Shown: piece by piece, positions 38,700 to 52,600 of the stretch | How the letters are laid out: every line of letters begins with the position of its first letter | Numbering within the stretch: position 1 is the stretch's first letter | Assembly (NCBI GenBank): GCA_964035545.1 | Contig: OZ037767.1 | Location: 9,124,581 to 9,188,580 of the forward strand | DNA from: Bugula neritina | Taxonomy: Eukaryota; Animalia; Bryozoa | Direction: 5' to 3' | Length of the DNA: 64,000 nucleotides | The notes under the pieces: generated by a model | What the model was told of the DNA's origin: nothing | Database searches by the model: none | Seen by the model: only the letters and a program-made list of their open reading frames with translations | Program-made: the position numbers and the translations under genes

Positions 38700-39190
38700 A
38701 AGAAAGTAACTGTAAGTACTACTGCTTACTACTACTAGCACTACTATCACTATCAGCATCAGTAGCATGTATTAGCATAACCTCAACTTAAACTATAATT
38801 TAATAAGTATAACAATAAGTGAATAACATTAACTGTAACTGTAAGACTAAGAGTAAGTCTAACTAATACAATAGTAATAGTAATAGTATTAGTATTACTA
38901 TTTCCTATTAGTGATATTACTATTACTAGTATTACTAGTATTACTACTTTTAGTATAAGTATTAGTATTAGTATTACTACTATTAGTATTAGTAATACTA
39001 TTACATTTACTCTAAGTCTATCACTTATATTACTATTACTATTAGTATTATAGTATTACTAGTAGTAGTACTACTAGTAGTACTAGTAGTATAACTATAA
39101 CTATAAGTATAAGTATTACATTACTCATACTCATAGTCATTACTATAACTATAACTGTATAAGTATAAGTATAACTATTAGTATTTCATT
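38700..39190. repeat. 6-bp-periodic AT-rich low-complexity tract (TATTAS/TAATAS/TATAAS)
   Basis: Mosaic of tattag/tattac/taatag/tataag/tataac hexamers. Confidence 0.85.
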
Positions 39191-39749
39191 TCAATGGAAC
39201 GAGTAAATACATTTACAGTAATTTAAAATAGTTGTTAGCATTCAAGTAGAATATACGGTTAGTACAATTACACAGTAAATGAAATTATTATTAAGCAACT
39301 TAAATTAGCTAAACGCCGTAAACGGTCACGCAACTGCATTGCATCTTGAATCAGAATGCCAATGACTCAATGTTATTTTCAAGATTTTGGTGACCTATAA
39401 GAGAATCCGATAGGATAATCTTCCCTTTAATCGTTCAAACATGCAGTAGCCGGGTGGAGGGGTTTCGAATTTGTTCCGATAGTTTCTAGGGACAAAACGT
39501 TACTAAAGTTTTAGAAAACAACTCCATATTGCTAAAACAAGCGAGTTCAGCTACGTAGAGAGAGCACAACTGAATGTGCATCGAAGGAGATTGGATCACA
39601 GCAATAAATTGAGGGTGGAGTGGCTGCATATCCCAATCTGGGTAGCGAGAGTTTCGGAGTTGTTTCATTCATTTGCTCAGAAAAGATTTACTTTAAACAG
39701 CACTACACCTTATAACTACACTTAGTAGTGTAGTGCTGAGTTTACCCAA

Positions 39750-39815
39750 TAGCCATGTGGTTATCACACCTACTTGCAAGCCAGAGGTTTGTGGTTGGAA
39801 TCCTGGTGGGAGAGG
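39750..39815 (+). mobile_element. Degenerate tRNA-like (SINE head / tRNA pseudogene)
   Basis: A-box-like TAGCCATGTGG, loop cttgcaa, B-box-like GGTTGGAATCC at tRNA spacing; stems imperfect. Confidence 0.45.
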
Positions 39816-39966
39816 GGCAATTATTTTACAAGCTATTTCGACCTTTAGTGAAGTGTAGTAGTACTCCGAGGGAGTTGAGTGGCCAAGGGAGCTTGAAGTC
39901 TGAAGGAATAATAGAGACACCAGTGGAGTTCTTGAGAACTGGGTGGGATATGGTGCTGAGTTTACC

Positions 39967-40040
39967 TAGCTGCTCTGTAATTGGTTAGCGCGCCTGCTTG
40001 CAAATCAGATAGGTATGTGATCCAAATCCTGGTTAGGGCA
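39967..40040 (+). mobile_element. Second degenerate tRNA-like (SINE head / tRNA pseudogene)
   Basis: ..taattggttagcgcg..cttgcaa..gatccaaatcctgg; homologous to 39750-39815. Confidence 0.4.
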
Positions 40041-40686
40041 AAGTTTTTACAAATAGATGTGAATCCTGTTTCCTTATTATAGTCAGCATATGTATATATA
40101 TTCGTATAGTTCTTGCTAAACAGTTAGCCTCTAGATTTCACAGTGTTATTATCACTTTTATTCTTAGTAGTTGCGTGTAATAAATCTACAATGTAATTCA
40201 CTACAAATCAGCATATAATTGCACTACGAACTATTCACAAAAAACGCATACCAAACGCCTTACAACCCTTGCAGACAAGTAACTTAGCCTACAAGACGAT
40301 ATCAGAAACTAAAGATTAAGATGAAATAAAATATGCCCCAGGCCTTGCAAAAGGCTCTACTAGATTATAAACTTGGTTGTTTATAAGAGTCACAAGTTAT
40401 ACTAAAGTTAGTTATAGCAGTATGGCTATGTATATAACTGAGAGAAAATTCGTTTGATTTACCTTCCTTCCATAAAATAATATCAAAATTAAACACGTCT
40501 TTTATATTTAGCTGAAAAAAACTCAAAATAGGAATGCAGAAGTTGTTTCGACTTCAAAAATATATAAGCTTGAAAGTTGTCTGTTTATACATTTTATTGT
40601 ATTGCACTGCATTTGTATATACATTGTATATTTATCATTCATATCTAAACAAATATATGTCCCTGTACAAAAAGCAACAAAGGTTG

Positions 40687-43600
40687 TCATTTCTTGTTCC
40701 GAGCAGATTTTCTAGTGGTCACTGGCGCAGGTGCTGGTGCCGGTCTTTTTCTTCCTCTTTTAGATGGGCTCTAGACATAAAATAAATACAACATATTTTT
40801 GTGAATAAATTTATTTATGAAAAGCTATGTTTACACTATGATGAAAAACACTGCTATGTATCCAAGCCGGGCAGAGAGATTCCTTTATATATTGCTTCAG
40901 TTATTAGATGTACACACTTGAAGATAGTAAGAAAAAACCTTGAAAAAGTGTATGACATAAATAAATGAAAAGTATGACGCTAGTGACGTTATCCAGGTGT
41001 GTAGTTTATTTACTGCTATCCCGTCTCTCAACACTTTATAATAATCAGACATGTCATAAAATGGCCCTAACACTCAAAATTTCTTTTACTACTAGAGTAT
41101 ATAATTATCACATTTTGATGGCATCTCTAAACCTTTTGGCTGGACATTCATAATACAACTAAAAAGATGCAGGCCACTTGCTATGATTACAACATTCAGC
41201 AGCTTCTAACCTACATATCTTATAATACATACATGCTAAATGTAGTGACTTACAACTGATGCTGCCAACTAAAGCCATAGGTGAACACTTTCAATTTATT
41301 CTGGAGTCAATATGATTTGTTAGCTATTTACCTTTACAGGACTTTCCGTTGGAGCCCCGACTTCACCAGAAGTCGACTCCGCATGAGGTTCACTTGACAT
41401 TCCACCTTGACCCTCAACCTTAGAGTCCGAGGTGTCCTCCACCCCAGGACTTCCTGTGTTAACCACACAATCTTCCTTATCTTCAGCTTTCTCACACGTG
41501 ATGCTATCGGCTAACTGCAATCCTGGGTCAGTTACAGACCCTATAAATTACAAAAGTTGTGCCTCACACAGCGTTGTTACTACACAAAGATATTTGCACT
41601 GAGAACCTTCAAAATTTGTTAAATTACAGTGAATGCATGGAAAGGAAATAATACCAGAAATTAATAGATAGTTACCACTTACCATTAGTAGGGGTCTGTT
41701 CCATTGATTCTGCTGTATTATTTAAAGGAGAAGCTGAAGATTCAACAGCTGCTTGAGGTGGCAGGGAGTCTGCAGGTGTAACAGCTGACTGGTCCACAGA
41801 CTGTTCAGAGGTTACCAAAGTCTCTTTTTCTACTGCTGCTGACTCAGAAAGTGCAGGCTGAGCTGCAGAAAGGTCAGTTATAGGTTTTTCTGCCGGTGAC
41901 TGCCTATCCAGAGGTTCTGGAGCTGCTGGCTGTGCTGCTGACGCTACAGGCAGCGCAGCTGATGGCAAAGCAACTGTTAAGTTGGTTGAGGAGGGTAGAG
42001 ACTCCAGAGATTTATTAGAGGTACTAGAAATACTTTGAGCCACAGTCTCCAAGCTTGCCGAGATCTAGAGCAGTGAACATGCTGTGAAGTATATTTATTA
42101 GACTATAATAATGTAAACAGGTAAAACCGCATAACAGTTGTCTGAGTTGAATAACTTAAATGAAAATCCCAATATACATTTGAGATGCTATAAAACTGTA
42201 CTATTATTGAACTACAAAAGATTAGACACTTTGTCTCTGAGTAGAACATGTCATGGAATAGAATTAGTTGTCAATGTATGTAAATACTGCAATGCCTATG
42301 TATTGTGATGGCAGGTGCTCACCTGTGCAGGTTCAACCCCAGGGGGTAGGGGTTCCGATGAGATGGTAGCTTCACTGGAAGAGCTTGATGCAGTTTCCCC
42401 CACTAGAGTCTTCACTGTTAGAGTTGAAGCATGCGGATGTAGTTGCTTTACAGGGTTCTCTGTAACTGGGGGCTGTTTAGAGACCGTCCCCGCCAATAGT
42501 TGAGAGGATCCCTCAGGTGCCTCATCTTTAACTGGTGTAGCAGGACGACTCTCTTTCTGGGGTTCTGCCTGTTCTATCACTGCCAGCACTCCCTTTTGCA
42601 GCATTGACTTCTGCAGAAGGTAATCAAATCAGTCAACAAAACTAAACAGCTGGTCAACAATAAAGAAAGAAAGCTACAAAATAAATATGATTTTATGCAG
42701 AAGACTTTTATAATTTGAACATTTGGAGGTGTATATTCACACAAACAGTACGTGGCAAAATATCCGTTACACAGAATATAGACTTCAACGAAAAGTTACC
42801 GAGGGCTCTACATTTAGTCAACCAAACCAAAGCCATGTGGGAACTAAGAGTAAAGAACTCACCTGCTGTGTATTATAGTTGGAAATGAGTCTCAGAAGAG
42901 AGAGTCTAAGCTCGGGAGCTATTTCAAAAGCTGACGCCAGCTGCTTGGGCGGCAGCTGAAGGAGAACTTGAAGTGACTGAGGGCGGGCCCTTTGGCAGCA
43001 TCTCACAAACCCCTCCCACGCCTTCTTGTCTTTCCATATCTAAATTGGTGTAAATTAAATACATTCAAAACACTATATTTATGAAACTGCACTAAAAAAC
43101 AAGTTCGAAAATATGAGTACTAATATCGCTTATGTCTACACAGCAAAGCACACGCTAAAATAATGCCTAATGTAATTTATAATGTATGCAGAAAGCAATA
43201 AATTAAATGGCAACATTAACATTAAACTACAGTTAAGAACAACCGAAAATCTTTGTTAAATATTGATAAATAAGAACTACAAATTTTTGTTAAACTATTA
43301 CTACACACAGAGTTGTTAAATTTTAGGAGTTATCTTCTTAAACACATCAGATATTTTACAGTAACACATTAGAATACTAATTATGAAAAACTACACTACA
43401 AATACACCCAAACAGGCTAAATACTTGAATACTGGATACCTAAAAGCATTTCCTTGAATAAAATCCTAATAATTATTTTCCAGCTACTTATTTTAATGAA
43501 AACTAAATACTACATAGAATTGGTCCAGTGTTGATACGAAACTTGTAATTCTACGACATTCATCCATTAACCTATATTATAAACTTGATAAAAATATAAA

Positions 43601-46600
43601 TGGTAAAAAATAGATTGATATAATACAATATAGATGGTAATTATTATATTGATATAAAACATGACTAAGAGTTTATATACCTGCTTAGCTATCAGCCTTT
43701 GAAGAATACTGATAACAAAGCCAAGAAGTTTAGGGTGAATTGTGAAGGACTGAATGACCGTTCTCATAAACAACGTTGGTAGTGGTATGGACTCTATTAG
43801 CTGATTTATTACAATAGCCAGTACTTCTTGAGTGAATAGACCCTTCTCTTGAAAACACATGGTTGTGGCTGTAATGGGCAGTAAATGGCTAGTTAACAGA
43901 ACAGAGGCTATGTAAAATATAGGTAGGTCTGAGTTGCAGTGAAAAATATAGTTATGCGACATAATACTGAATGGTCTATGAAGTTAATTATTACAGTGAC
44001 ATACAATAGAATCCCTTAAATCAAAATTTTAGTAGTTTGACATTGATGTAATCAGATAACCTAAGGCCTAAGTTATAGCTAACAGTAACTATTAGTATAT
44101 ACAGGAGAGTGGTGACTAACAGTAACTACTAGTATATACAGGAGAGTGGTGACTAACAGTAACTACTAGTATATACAGGAGAGTTATGACTAACAGTAAC
44201 TACTAGTGTATACAGTAGAGTGATGACTAACAGTAACTACTAGTGTATACAGAAGAGTGATGACTAACAGTAACTACTAATGTATACAGGAGAGTGATAA
44301 CTAACAGTAACTACTAGTGTATATAGGAGAGTTATGACTAACAGTAACTACTAGTGTATACAGTAGAGTGATGACTAACAGTAACTACTAGTGTATACAG
44401 AAGAGCCAAAAGCTGTAAACCAGACAATTAGGACTAACTATGATTCAAATATCTATCAAATATGTTAGGTAGTAATAACTGTGCAAACTGCAGCTGCTAG
44501 GTGTAGAAATATGTAATGGACACAACTTACCTTTTATAACAGATTTGATGTCACACTGCAGTGGAGGGATGTTATGTAAAGCTATCATGAGATCACTGGC
44601 CGTAATGAAAGCCTCTTGTCCAGTTTGCCCGCCCACACCCAGCAGACGATTAAACACTTCTTTCACTACAGCTGGAGCAAGACTCACTAGCTTTGGTAGT
44701 ACAGTGAGCACTTCATCCTAAAATTATTCCCCATTAATTAGTAACGTGACAATACAGCTTTCGCTCTGCTCGTGTAAACCGAACACACACATTACACTAA
44801 CAGTACACCAATAACTTGTGGCAAACAATCCAAGTTTAATATTCGTAGACAACAGCACACCGGTGAGAAATACCCAAATAATTAGAGTTCAATACTTGTA
44901 GGCAACAAAGCTAACAGCCAGGAGAGTACACAAACCACAGTAATAATCGGTGCAACAGGCTCACCTTGTTGAGGCCTCCTAGTACGGGAATAATGAAACG
45001 GATGTCCAGCTTTCTGGTCTTATACAAGTGTTTAACAATCTCAACTAGCTGGGTGCTAGGAGCCTGTTTCTCAGTTAATATGTGTATGATTCGGGTGACC
45101 TGTAGAAGAATATACAATCCTGTATATATACACGACTAAATTTTAATATATAATGTGTGCATACTGTATATGTGTGTGTCTGTGTATATTATGTTTACTG
45201 TGAAGCAAGACAGAAAGATCTACAGCTGGTTGCAACTACTCACTAGAGTCTCTGAGCCGTGGGGAGAAGTCCTAATGAATTGTAGCAGATGTGGAGAATC
45301 CATTCCCAGAAGTTTAACTGGGGTCTCCATCAGACGCAGCACAACTCTCTTAATATCAGCCACTGATTTCACATACACCTCTGCAAGTCTACGAAAATAT
45401 TACACCAGGTGTAGGCTAAGCAAAAGTAATACACCAGGTGTAAACTAAGGCAAAAATAGGCAGCAGAACAACAGGCGAAATAGTTATGAGATTGTCTATT
45501 CAGATCAGGTAAATAATTCATTAAAAAGTAAATATGGATCTGACCATTGAACAACAGGAACAGTTTTTCAACACTTGTGGAAGGATGTAAATAGATGCAG
45601 CATACATCACTTCTCACTAGAAAAATTCTCAAAAGCAAAATATCAGTTGCAATTTCAAAAGAAGAAAAATGTATGAATATACAGAAGTTTCGACAGCCGA
45701 TGGGTAAAAGGAAATACTTTCTGCAGCTCTACACGTAGTGACTTGATACTTACAGCTCCAGGTAGGAGGGATTGTCTGGTAACATACTCAGGTACAGGTA
45801 GAGAGCTTGTTTAATAAAGAACTCAGTCCAGGAAGAAACGCCATCTGAACAGAATAAGATAAAAATTAAAATTATAAACCTCTAACTTTATTTCAACTTT
45901 TTTAAGTACAACTAAACATACTAAAAGATATCAACTCATATGCTATAAAATCACTACAATTGACAGAGTGATAAAATAAATTTTTGTGGAGAATCCTGCC
46001 AACTAACTTATTATAATTTACTCAGCTAAGCATCCAATCATGGATTTCATGACTAAACTAATACGAACAGCAGCTGGTTGAATCAAGAATAAAAAGGCTA
46101 GACTAATATATTCAGATCTTACCAAATTTAGATGGAGGAGTAGATGGGAACATGGCAGGGGTAGGGAAAGGGGCTAGCAGGTTGTTCACCATGGCTTTAC
46201 AGAACACATCAATAAGCTTTGCCATTTCTGGTTTCTCATAGAGATCCTTCACCATGGGTATAGCCGTGCTCCGAACCTGAACAATTATCAAGTATCAACA
46301 TATCCAGCATAGCAACAACACAATGTCATCTGGGAGATAGAAATATTAATAGCAGATTATATGGTTCTGTCAAAATACCAACAATATGGGCAGTCCATAT
46401 TTGAAGAAATAGATTGAAAGTTGGCATGCATTGATACTTACCAGATAATTTGCTAGAAAGTTAACAACCTGCTACATACACATTATATGCATACTACACA
46501 TGTTACATTTATCACTGGCCGTGAATTACTACATGCTAGTAACACTATTACACCACGCTATACGTATGGGTGTAGTAATACACTTGATAATTAGACACAG

Positions 46601-49600
46601 CGTGGTGACTAACCTCTGGATTTGTGTAATAAGTCAGGTCAAGCAAAGTTCCGAGTCCAACAGAGAGAAATGATGGACGCTTCAGGATCATCTCCTGTAG
46701 AGTCTGCATACCAATGTACATTTGCTTCTGCAGAGAGAAAGAATAATAGACTATAGAGTAGAGAACGCAACTCCAGTCTATAACATACAGTGTATACAAT
46801 GTTCAGTGTAATAACTCACAACATCTGTACAGTAATGTCTCAACACGTCTACAGCCTGCTGAGGAATCTGAGGACACTCCAGTAGCAGTCTTGTAAACAG
46901 TCTAAAACAACCGTTAAATGAATAAATAGCTCCAAATGCACCAGGAAATCTCAACCATGAGATCACTGAAATAGTCAGAATGACAAACCCAAATTTTGCA
47001 ATGTCATTAGAAAAAAAGCGACAGAGTATTTTAATTGTTTGCAAAATAATAAACATTTACCACCACAAAAATAGAGCACAAAGTTCTTTTGGAAAATAAA
47101 TATTACTTATTGCCTGTAAACACGATTTATGGTCTGTAAACTAACTTATACAGACCCTAAAGTCTTGTTCTCGACACCACCATATGCATCAACTCAAACA
47201 TAACACATTTTTGGAAGTAACTCGATCATCAAACGATACAAAATATACTTAGCAGTGACTCTGCAAAGTTATGAACTGGGTCCGTAATACAGCCTCACTC
47301 ACACAGAAGATCCTGGTTGGTCTTTCTTGGTCATGAGGCTACCAAGCAGCAAACCTAGGCACTCGTCATAGCTTGTCCGACTTGGTCTATTCACACCTTG
47401 GGCTAGCATGAAGCCCTGGTATGCCACATACTCAGAGTAAACCCAGGTCAAGGCCAAATCTGATCTATTCTTCATATCCAGCATGATGTAGTCAGCTAGC
47501 ACTAGAATGATATACAACTCTATACAGTGAAGACTATTATATTGTCTATAGCATACATGAAAATGAAAGTTCTTTAGATTAAGAGCTTCATTACAAAAGA
47601 AAAACCCTTTAAAAAGTATTAGCGGGAATAGGCGAATGGCTAGATACGTCAGCCAATCAACAAAGTCCACTCCAAGCTGCCCAACTGACTTTCATGAGAC
47701 AGTAAACTCATATTTAACACAATTACATAGCATAGCATTATACTAAACACTTTAATTTAGTTCATGTCTTTTAATTATTTTCAACTTTTAGAAAACTTGT
47801 GTGTGTCTGTTGAGTTCATAATAATCACAAATTCAGTTTGAATAGATATGATTGAATAATCCAAAAACTTACAGGTACTAAGAGGTTTAAATTAGTAAAG
47901 ATGACAACATAATGTATGTTATTGATGAAACAGATATTTATATTGCTGCAATGTTGTGGTAAAACTTTGCAGTCAAGTCCAGTTAAACAGTAGTAAGCAG
48001 TTATACATTTATTATAGTCTACAAATGCACAGAAATGCTGAAAAATAGTTCAAATTTATAATTGAACTAGAATTTGAATGCACCTCTTCAATTTAAAATT
48101 ATACGTCAAATATAAGACTATGTAACATTTTTCCCCTTTCTATATTTAAAAACATTTCCTCCATACCTCCAGCAAATATTTGTTATTGAAAACGCTATAA
48201 CTCGCACTAGAACTAGTAAGTCCCAATCAATTAGCTAGAAAACAGATTAGAGAAATAAGTTGAATCATATAATATCTTACTTGTTTTGTAGAAACCTCCA
48301 AACTGTGTGGTGAGAGATGCAAGAATCTTAGAGAATGCAGAGTTTAGGTTAGCTTTGTTGGCTACAGCTGCAATCAAAAATATCATTGTTAGATAAAAGA
48401 TAAACTCACGAAGATCTAGCACTTTAACCACCAGCAAGAAGATAGCTATAGTAGTAGATGTGACATTTTTCTGTTCACTTGTATGCATAACCTAAGTATA
48501 AATAAGCATCAAATATATTTTCATAGTTTTGACAAATTGATGCTTACAAAAGTGTTCTATGAGTGTCACCATCTCCTAAACCTTAAAGAATTTTACTTCT
48601 ATTCTAGTATTGCCAGTTGAGAAATTATGGAGAACCTAAATTATCATATTATTGGTCTATAAAATCTATCAACTCAAACTACACAGAAATGCAATGCGAG
48701 GAGGAAAATGTGCTCATATCATGACGTAACAGAAAGTTCAGCAAGCATATACTACTCTGAACACTGATTACGATGAATTGGATGCTGGGGCACAGTAATA
48801 TGGCTCACCATTCTCTTACCTTCTGCTTTAAAAAGTCTCTGGAAACACATGGCTGAGAGGTTAGCAGCAAGCGGAACAGAAAGTTTGGAAGTTACTGCCT
48901 TCAGATCATAAGCTCTTTGCTTCTTAGTAGACGTGCCTGAAACATGACAACATAAGTTGGCAGCAGGCGACTTCCATAATAGCTGCGTGATATATGGACC
49001 AGTACAGCACTATAACATCTACCAGACTGGTACAGCACTACACAGTATATAACTTCTACCAGACTGGTACAGCACTACACAGCATATAACATCTACCAGA
49101 CTGGTACAGCACTACACAGTATATAACTTCTACCAGACTGGTACAGCACTACACAGTATATAACTTCTACCTGACTGGTAGAGCACTACACAGTATATAA
49201 CATCTACCTGACTGGTACAGCACTACACAGTATATAACATCTACCAGACCGGTACAGCATTACATAGTATATAACTTCTACTAGACTGGTACAGCACTAC
49301 ACAGTATATAACTTCTACCAGACTGGTACAGCACTACACAGTATATAACATCTACCAGACTGTTACAGCACTACACAGCATATAACATCTACCTGACTGG
49401 TACAGCACTACACAGTATATAACATCTACCAGACCGGTACAGCATTACATAGTATATAACTTCTACTAGACTGGTACAGCACTACACAGTATATAACTTC
49501 TACCTGATTGGTACAGCACTGCACAGTATATAGCTTCTACCTGACAAAGGCACCACAAACTGAGCCTTGGGTTGCGGGGCATTAGGCTGGTCACCCACAA

Positions 49601-52600
49601 CTGATATCGATTTGGTCTCGGGAACTGCATCTTCCTGAGCTTTAGCCTTGGCCTTCTTATCTTCTTCCTCCTTTTGTTTCCTCTGTTCCTCAACACCTTG
49701 ACATGATGATATATTTTCATAGAAAAGCAAAATAATGAATAGACTTTCTGAACAGACGAGTAGCTACTCACTTGTGTTAGTCAAAGGCAAAACTAAACCA
49801 TCGTTTCATTACTAAGGGAATATATTGTGCCATACACCGTGCGATATAAATGTTTTAAACCTTACTAAAATGACAAGTTAATAAGAGCAAACCTTTGCCA
49901 AGACCAGCATTGGTTAGCTGCACAGCTAGCAGTCTGGATATGTGCTTAATTTGTCCTGGGGTACCTGCTGCCGCTATAGGAGTGTAAGTAGACTGGAAGT
50001 TAGCAGGCATCTCATCCGGCAGCATGACCTAAATCATACGTGAGTGACAAAACTAGAAGTCAAAACTGAATTAGCACAGGAAAAGATGCATTAATACACT
50101 AAAGACGAAAAAAGTTACATGCTAATATTTTGAACAAAGCTTAATCAACTAAAAAAAGACGCAGACAGGAAATCTAACCATGCTGAGTAGGACCAGATCT
50201 GCTACGTTGTGATTGGTCAGCTTAGGACCAATATCTTCTGTCGTTATCTCTACAGGGTTGAAAGGTTTTGGAGCTTCTTTAGGGTCATCTTCGTCCTCTT
50301 CGACATCTGGCAGAACAGGCAGCGCGGGCATCTAAAACGTAAATAACTTTTCTGGTTCCTGTATGTAACTATACTTTGGAATCATGACTTTGCCAGCAGT
50401 ACTTGGCATTTGAGCATATATCAACCAATAGAGTTGTATTCTCTTGTAAGACTCTAGTCTCTGTTACCATTTACATAGCATTATGCAATTGTATGGTTGG
50501 TGATGGTAACAGTTATTATTTATAAAACTTTTCTTAGTAACATACTTATAAGATTTCTAGTGTTTAAAGATGAGTATCCTAAATAATCATAATAACATGA
50601 GTCATCCGTGTAGATGTGGATGGTGACAGTTATAGAACTGCTATTATTCCACCATTGCACTCTTAGATAATGTACTCTGTGCATACAAACCTCATCCTTA
50701 GCAAGCTTTTTAGCCCTCTGCTTCTCCTTCTCAAACTCTGCAGCCTTGCGTTTTCTGCTGGCAGCCAGTTCTGAAGGCTTAGGCATAGCTTTGCTGACCT
50801 CAGACTGAGTAGCGCCAAGGTCGGTCAGCAGAGTAGCTATCTGCGAAATCATGTCGACAGCGGCCGGGTGTTTCAAGAGAGACAGCATCTGGAGCTTCAA
50901 TGACTTCCTCACTGAACTGACTTGGCTTTTGGATAATGTGGGTGGAAGGTTGACTGCATGCGAAGAAAAAAAGGTATATATATGAAACCAGGCACTATGC
51001 TCTAACTTTTAATAAGATAAATCTAACACTGAATTATATTTATAACTACAAATACACTTTGACTTTGCTAGAAAATGAATACACTTTATGCAAGAGGCGA
51101 AGTGACATAACTAAATACAGGAGGACTTACATCAAGCAGTGCAATAGAAGGCTTACCGTGTAGTGATTCGAAGCCGGCAATGATTTGCATCATAAACTGA
51201 GGTCTCCTTCTGGCTATGCTAGTCATACTGGTCATGCATGCCATTAGATTTACACTGCAAACAGTGAATCAACTCATTCATAGCTAGTCATCTATGCAGT
51301 TAGCTTAAAATAATCAGAATAATGATAATAATGCTTAAACACAGAACTACATATTACAGTACCTGGTAATAGATTGAGATCCTAGGAAATCTAACATTAA
51401 TTTAAACACTTTCTGTCCATCTGCAAGCATCTCTCCTTTCTTTAGCAACGCATGATCTTCAGGAACTATGTCTAGACTCTGGTCATCGTCTCGACCGTCT
51501 GCAGCTTTGGGAGTGAGAACTGAGACTACGGCTTCACAGAACTTCACCGAGTGAGTTCGAATACTACAGACATACAGCTTAGCTTAAACAGCGCCACAAA
51601 ATCTGAGGCTGACGTAATAGAAGATTAGGAAGAATTGAAGATTGGGAGAATTTTCTGAAAAGCTTCCATAATATTTCATTTCATTTAAAATATTCACTAC
51701 ACAAGTATTATATAGGTGAAGTAGAATCTTTAGCTATAGATACCTCAATTTTATATAGCAACTAAAATGATGAGTTTCTGTCGTCTATGTTGACAGACGT
51801 ATTTGTTAACTATAGCCTTAGTGAACAACACAGAGCTTCTGAATGGAAACTGAGCAAAGATGCGTCGTAATGTTAAAGTATGAAATAGAATGACTATTAG
51901 TCTATAGATAACTTTAATTTCTTACAAGTATTGTTTAAAAGAAATTTTATTAATTTTCTTTACAAATTTTAATGACGTTCAGTCTATTAATCAAGAGCAA
52001 CATCTTGCACATTTCTCAACATTTCCAATATTTGTATACACTAAACTTACATTATCAGACAATTTTGTTGAAATTAAAAATTACAACACAGTGCTGTATG
52101 AATGTAGCACTGTGTTGCATGAATATAGCACACTGTCATATAATAAATAGACATACCCATCATTATCATCATCTAGTAAGGTAACAATGTGGTCTTTCAT
52201 CTGGTGTAAATATTTCCAGGTTTCCTCAATTATTTCAGTAATGATATTTGTCCCAACTATCCACTACAGATAAAAAATAACATGAGTTCATCAAGACACC
52301 ACTTCTCTACACAAGTAAGGAAAATGTTGAGAAAATGAGCATATGAATTAGCATCTAGATTAGCAAGGTGTATGCTATTATAACCAGTGTAGTATACTAT
52401 TTAATTGTCATACAGTTTTCTAATACTCCATCATAGTGAGAAGAGTGAAACTCTAACAATGTCAATTTTAAATCACATTGACTTGTCAACTTAAATTCTG
52501 AAAAACACTTTACCAGCCTATTTGAGGTTCTTAAATCAAGACATTCACTTCTTCAAGCCAATAGTATCATCACACAGCTGAATTACACTAAGACATTAGA

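Noticed and set aside
39323-39333. CGGTCACG resembling the Ohler motif 1 core promoter element
   Set aside because: Partial match, single occurrence
39750-40040. Functional tRNA-Cys genes
   Set aside because: Acceptor and T stems do not pair properly and B-boxes are mutated; kept only as SINE-like remnants
51767-51842. Box C (ATGATGA) ... box D (CTGA) snoRNA-like spacing
   Set aside because: Antisense to the host symplekin intron, no terminal stem, no recognisable rRNA guide
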